The translations under genes and the position numbers were made by a program. The notes under the pieces were generated by a model, which was given only the letters and a program-made list of their open reading frames with translations, was not told where the DNA came from and ran no database searches. From NCBI GenBank assembly GCA_964016885.1, contig OZ024744.1, positions 1,116,001 to 1,180,000 on the forward strand: a DNA stretch of 64,000 nucleotides, in the 5' to 3' direction. The stretch is from Eledone cirrhosa. Its lineage: Eukaryota. Shown here piece by piece: positions 63,501-64,000 of this stretch; the first letter of the stretch is position 1, and each line of letters starts with the position of its first letter.

Positions 63501-64000
63501 TAGCTTGGTGAAGAACGACGTTTTGAGGGAAGACAAGGTAGAGAAAGATAGCTTGGTGAAGAACGACATTTTGGGGGAAGAAAATGTAGAGAACGATAGC
63601 TTGGTGAAGAACGACGTTTTGAGGGAAGACAAGGTAGAGATAGATAGCTTGGTGAAGAACGAAGTTTTGAGGGAAGGCAAAGTAGAGAAAGATAGCTTGG
63701 TGAAGAACGTAGTTTTGGAGGAAGACAATGTTGAGAAAGATAGCTTGATGAAGAACGAAGTTTTGGGGGAAGACAAGGTAGAGAAAGATAGCTTGATGAA
63801 GTACGAAGTGTTGGGGGAAGACAAGGTAGAGAAAGATAGCTTGGTGAAGAACGACGTTTTGTGGGAAGACAAGGTAGAGAAATATAGTTGGTGAAGAACG
63901 AAGTTTTGAGGCAAGACAAGGTAGAGAAAGATAGCTTGGTGAAGAACGAAGTTTTGAGGGAAGACAAGGTAGAGAAAGATAGCTTGGTGAAGAACGAAGT
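60540..64000. repeat. Tandem duplication, period 2153 bp (45 monomers), truncated by the window end
   Basis: ORF pairs 60921/63074 and 61304/63457. The GACATTTTG..GAAAATGTAGAGAAC monomer is shared at about 61412 and 63565. Confidence 0.85.

Larger units (their letters stand above)
1..64000. repeat. 48-bp tandem satellite array, about 1,330-1,340 monomers, extends beyond both window ends
   Basis: The consensus GATAGCTTGGTGAAGAACGAAGTTTTGAGGGAAGACAAGGTAGAGAAA (19 A, 17 G, 9 T, 3 C) recurs on every line in one orientation. Most monomers differ from it by 0-3 substitutions and some are 47 bp. Common alleles are GTG/ATG, AAC/TAC, GAA/GAC, AGG/GGG/TGG and AAG/AAT/AAA. Confidence 0.99.

Noticed and set aside
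180-63894. Many short + strand 'MVKNEVLREDK' ORFs as a gene family or operon
   Set aside because: They are only the intervals between frameshifts and stops, start at TTG inside the monomer, and have no unique termini or intergenic sequence.
1-64000. CRISPR array or other repeat-spacer or cassette system
   Set aside because: There are no unique spacers. The whole 48 bp is repeated, the repeat is not palindromic, and no cas, recombinase or reverse transcriptase gene is present.
1-64000. Whole window as a sequencing or assembly artefact
   Set aside because: Ordered rare variants shared among blocks, with private differences between copies, indicate a real evolving array. The exact copy number of individual blocks still needs read support.

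Overview
The whole 64-kb window is one uninterrupted, head-to-tail, single-orientation tandem satellite array. Its 48-bp monomer has the consensus GATAGCTTGGTGAAGAACGAAGTTTTG(A/G)GGGAAGACAAGGTAGAGAAA. There are about 1,330-1,340 copies and the array runs off both ends. I see no unique sequence, inversion, transposon, RNA gene or CRISPR spacer. All ORFs in the track are explained by the monomer. One + frame reads DSLVKNEVLREDKVEK and is broken by recurrent 1-bp deletions and in-frame stops. The - strand consensus has no stop in any frame. I therefore call no CDS. The information lies in the variant pattern: an old ~17-monomer higher-order unit, nested in-register block duplications of 1.3-8.9 kb, three variant domains along the array, and a ~1.3-kb left-domain segment that reappears 45,181 bp away inside the right domain. 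The array resembles eukaryotic heterochromatic, centromeric or subtelomeric satellite DNA (inference), but organism and function cannot be determined here. I found no gene-based novel system. Block boundaries were read by eye and are approximate to about one or a few monomers. Offsets come from matching ORF starts and diagnostic variants.
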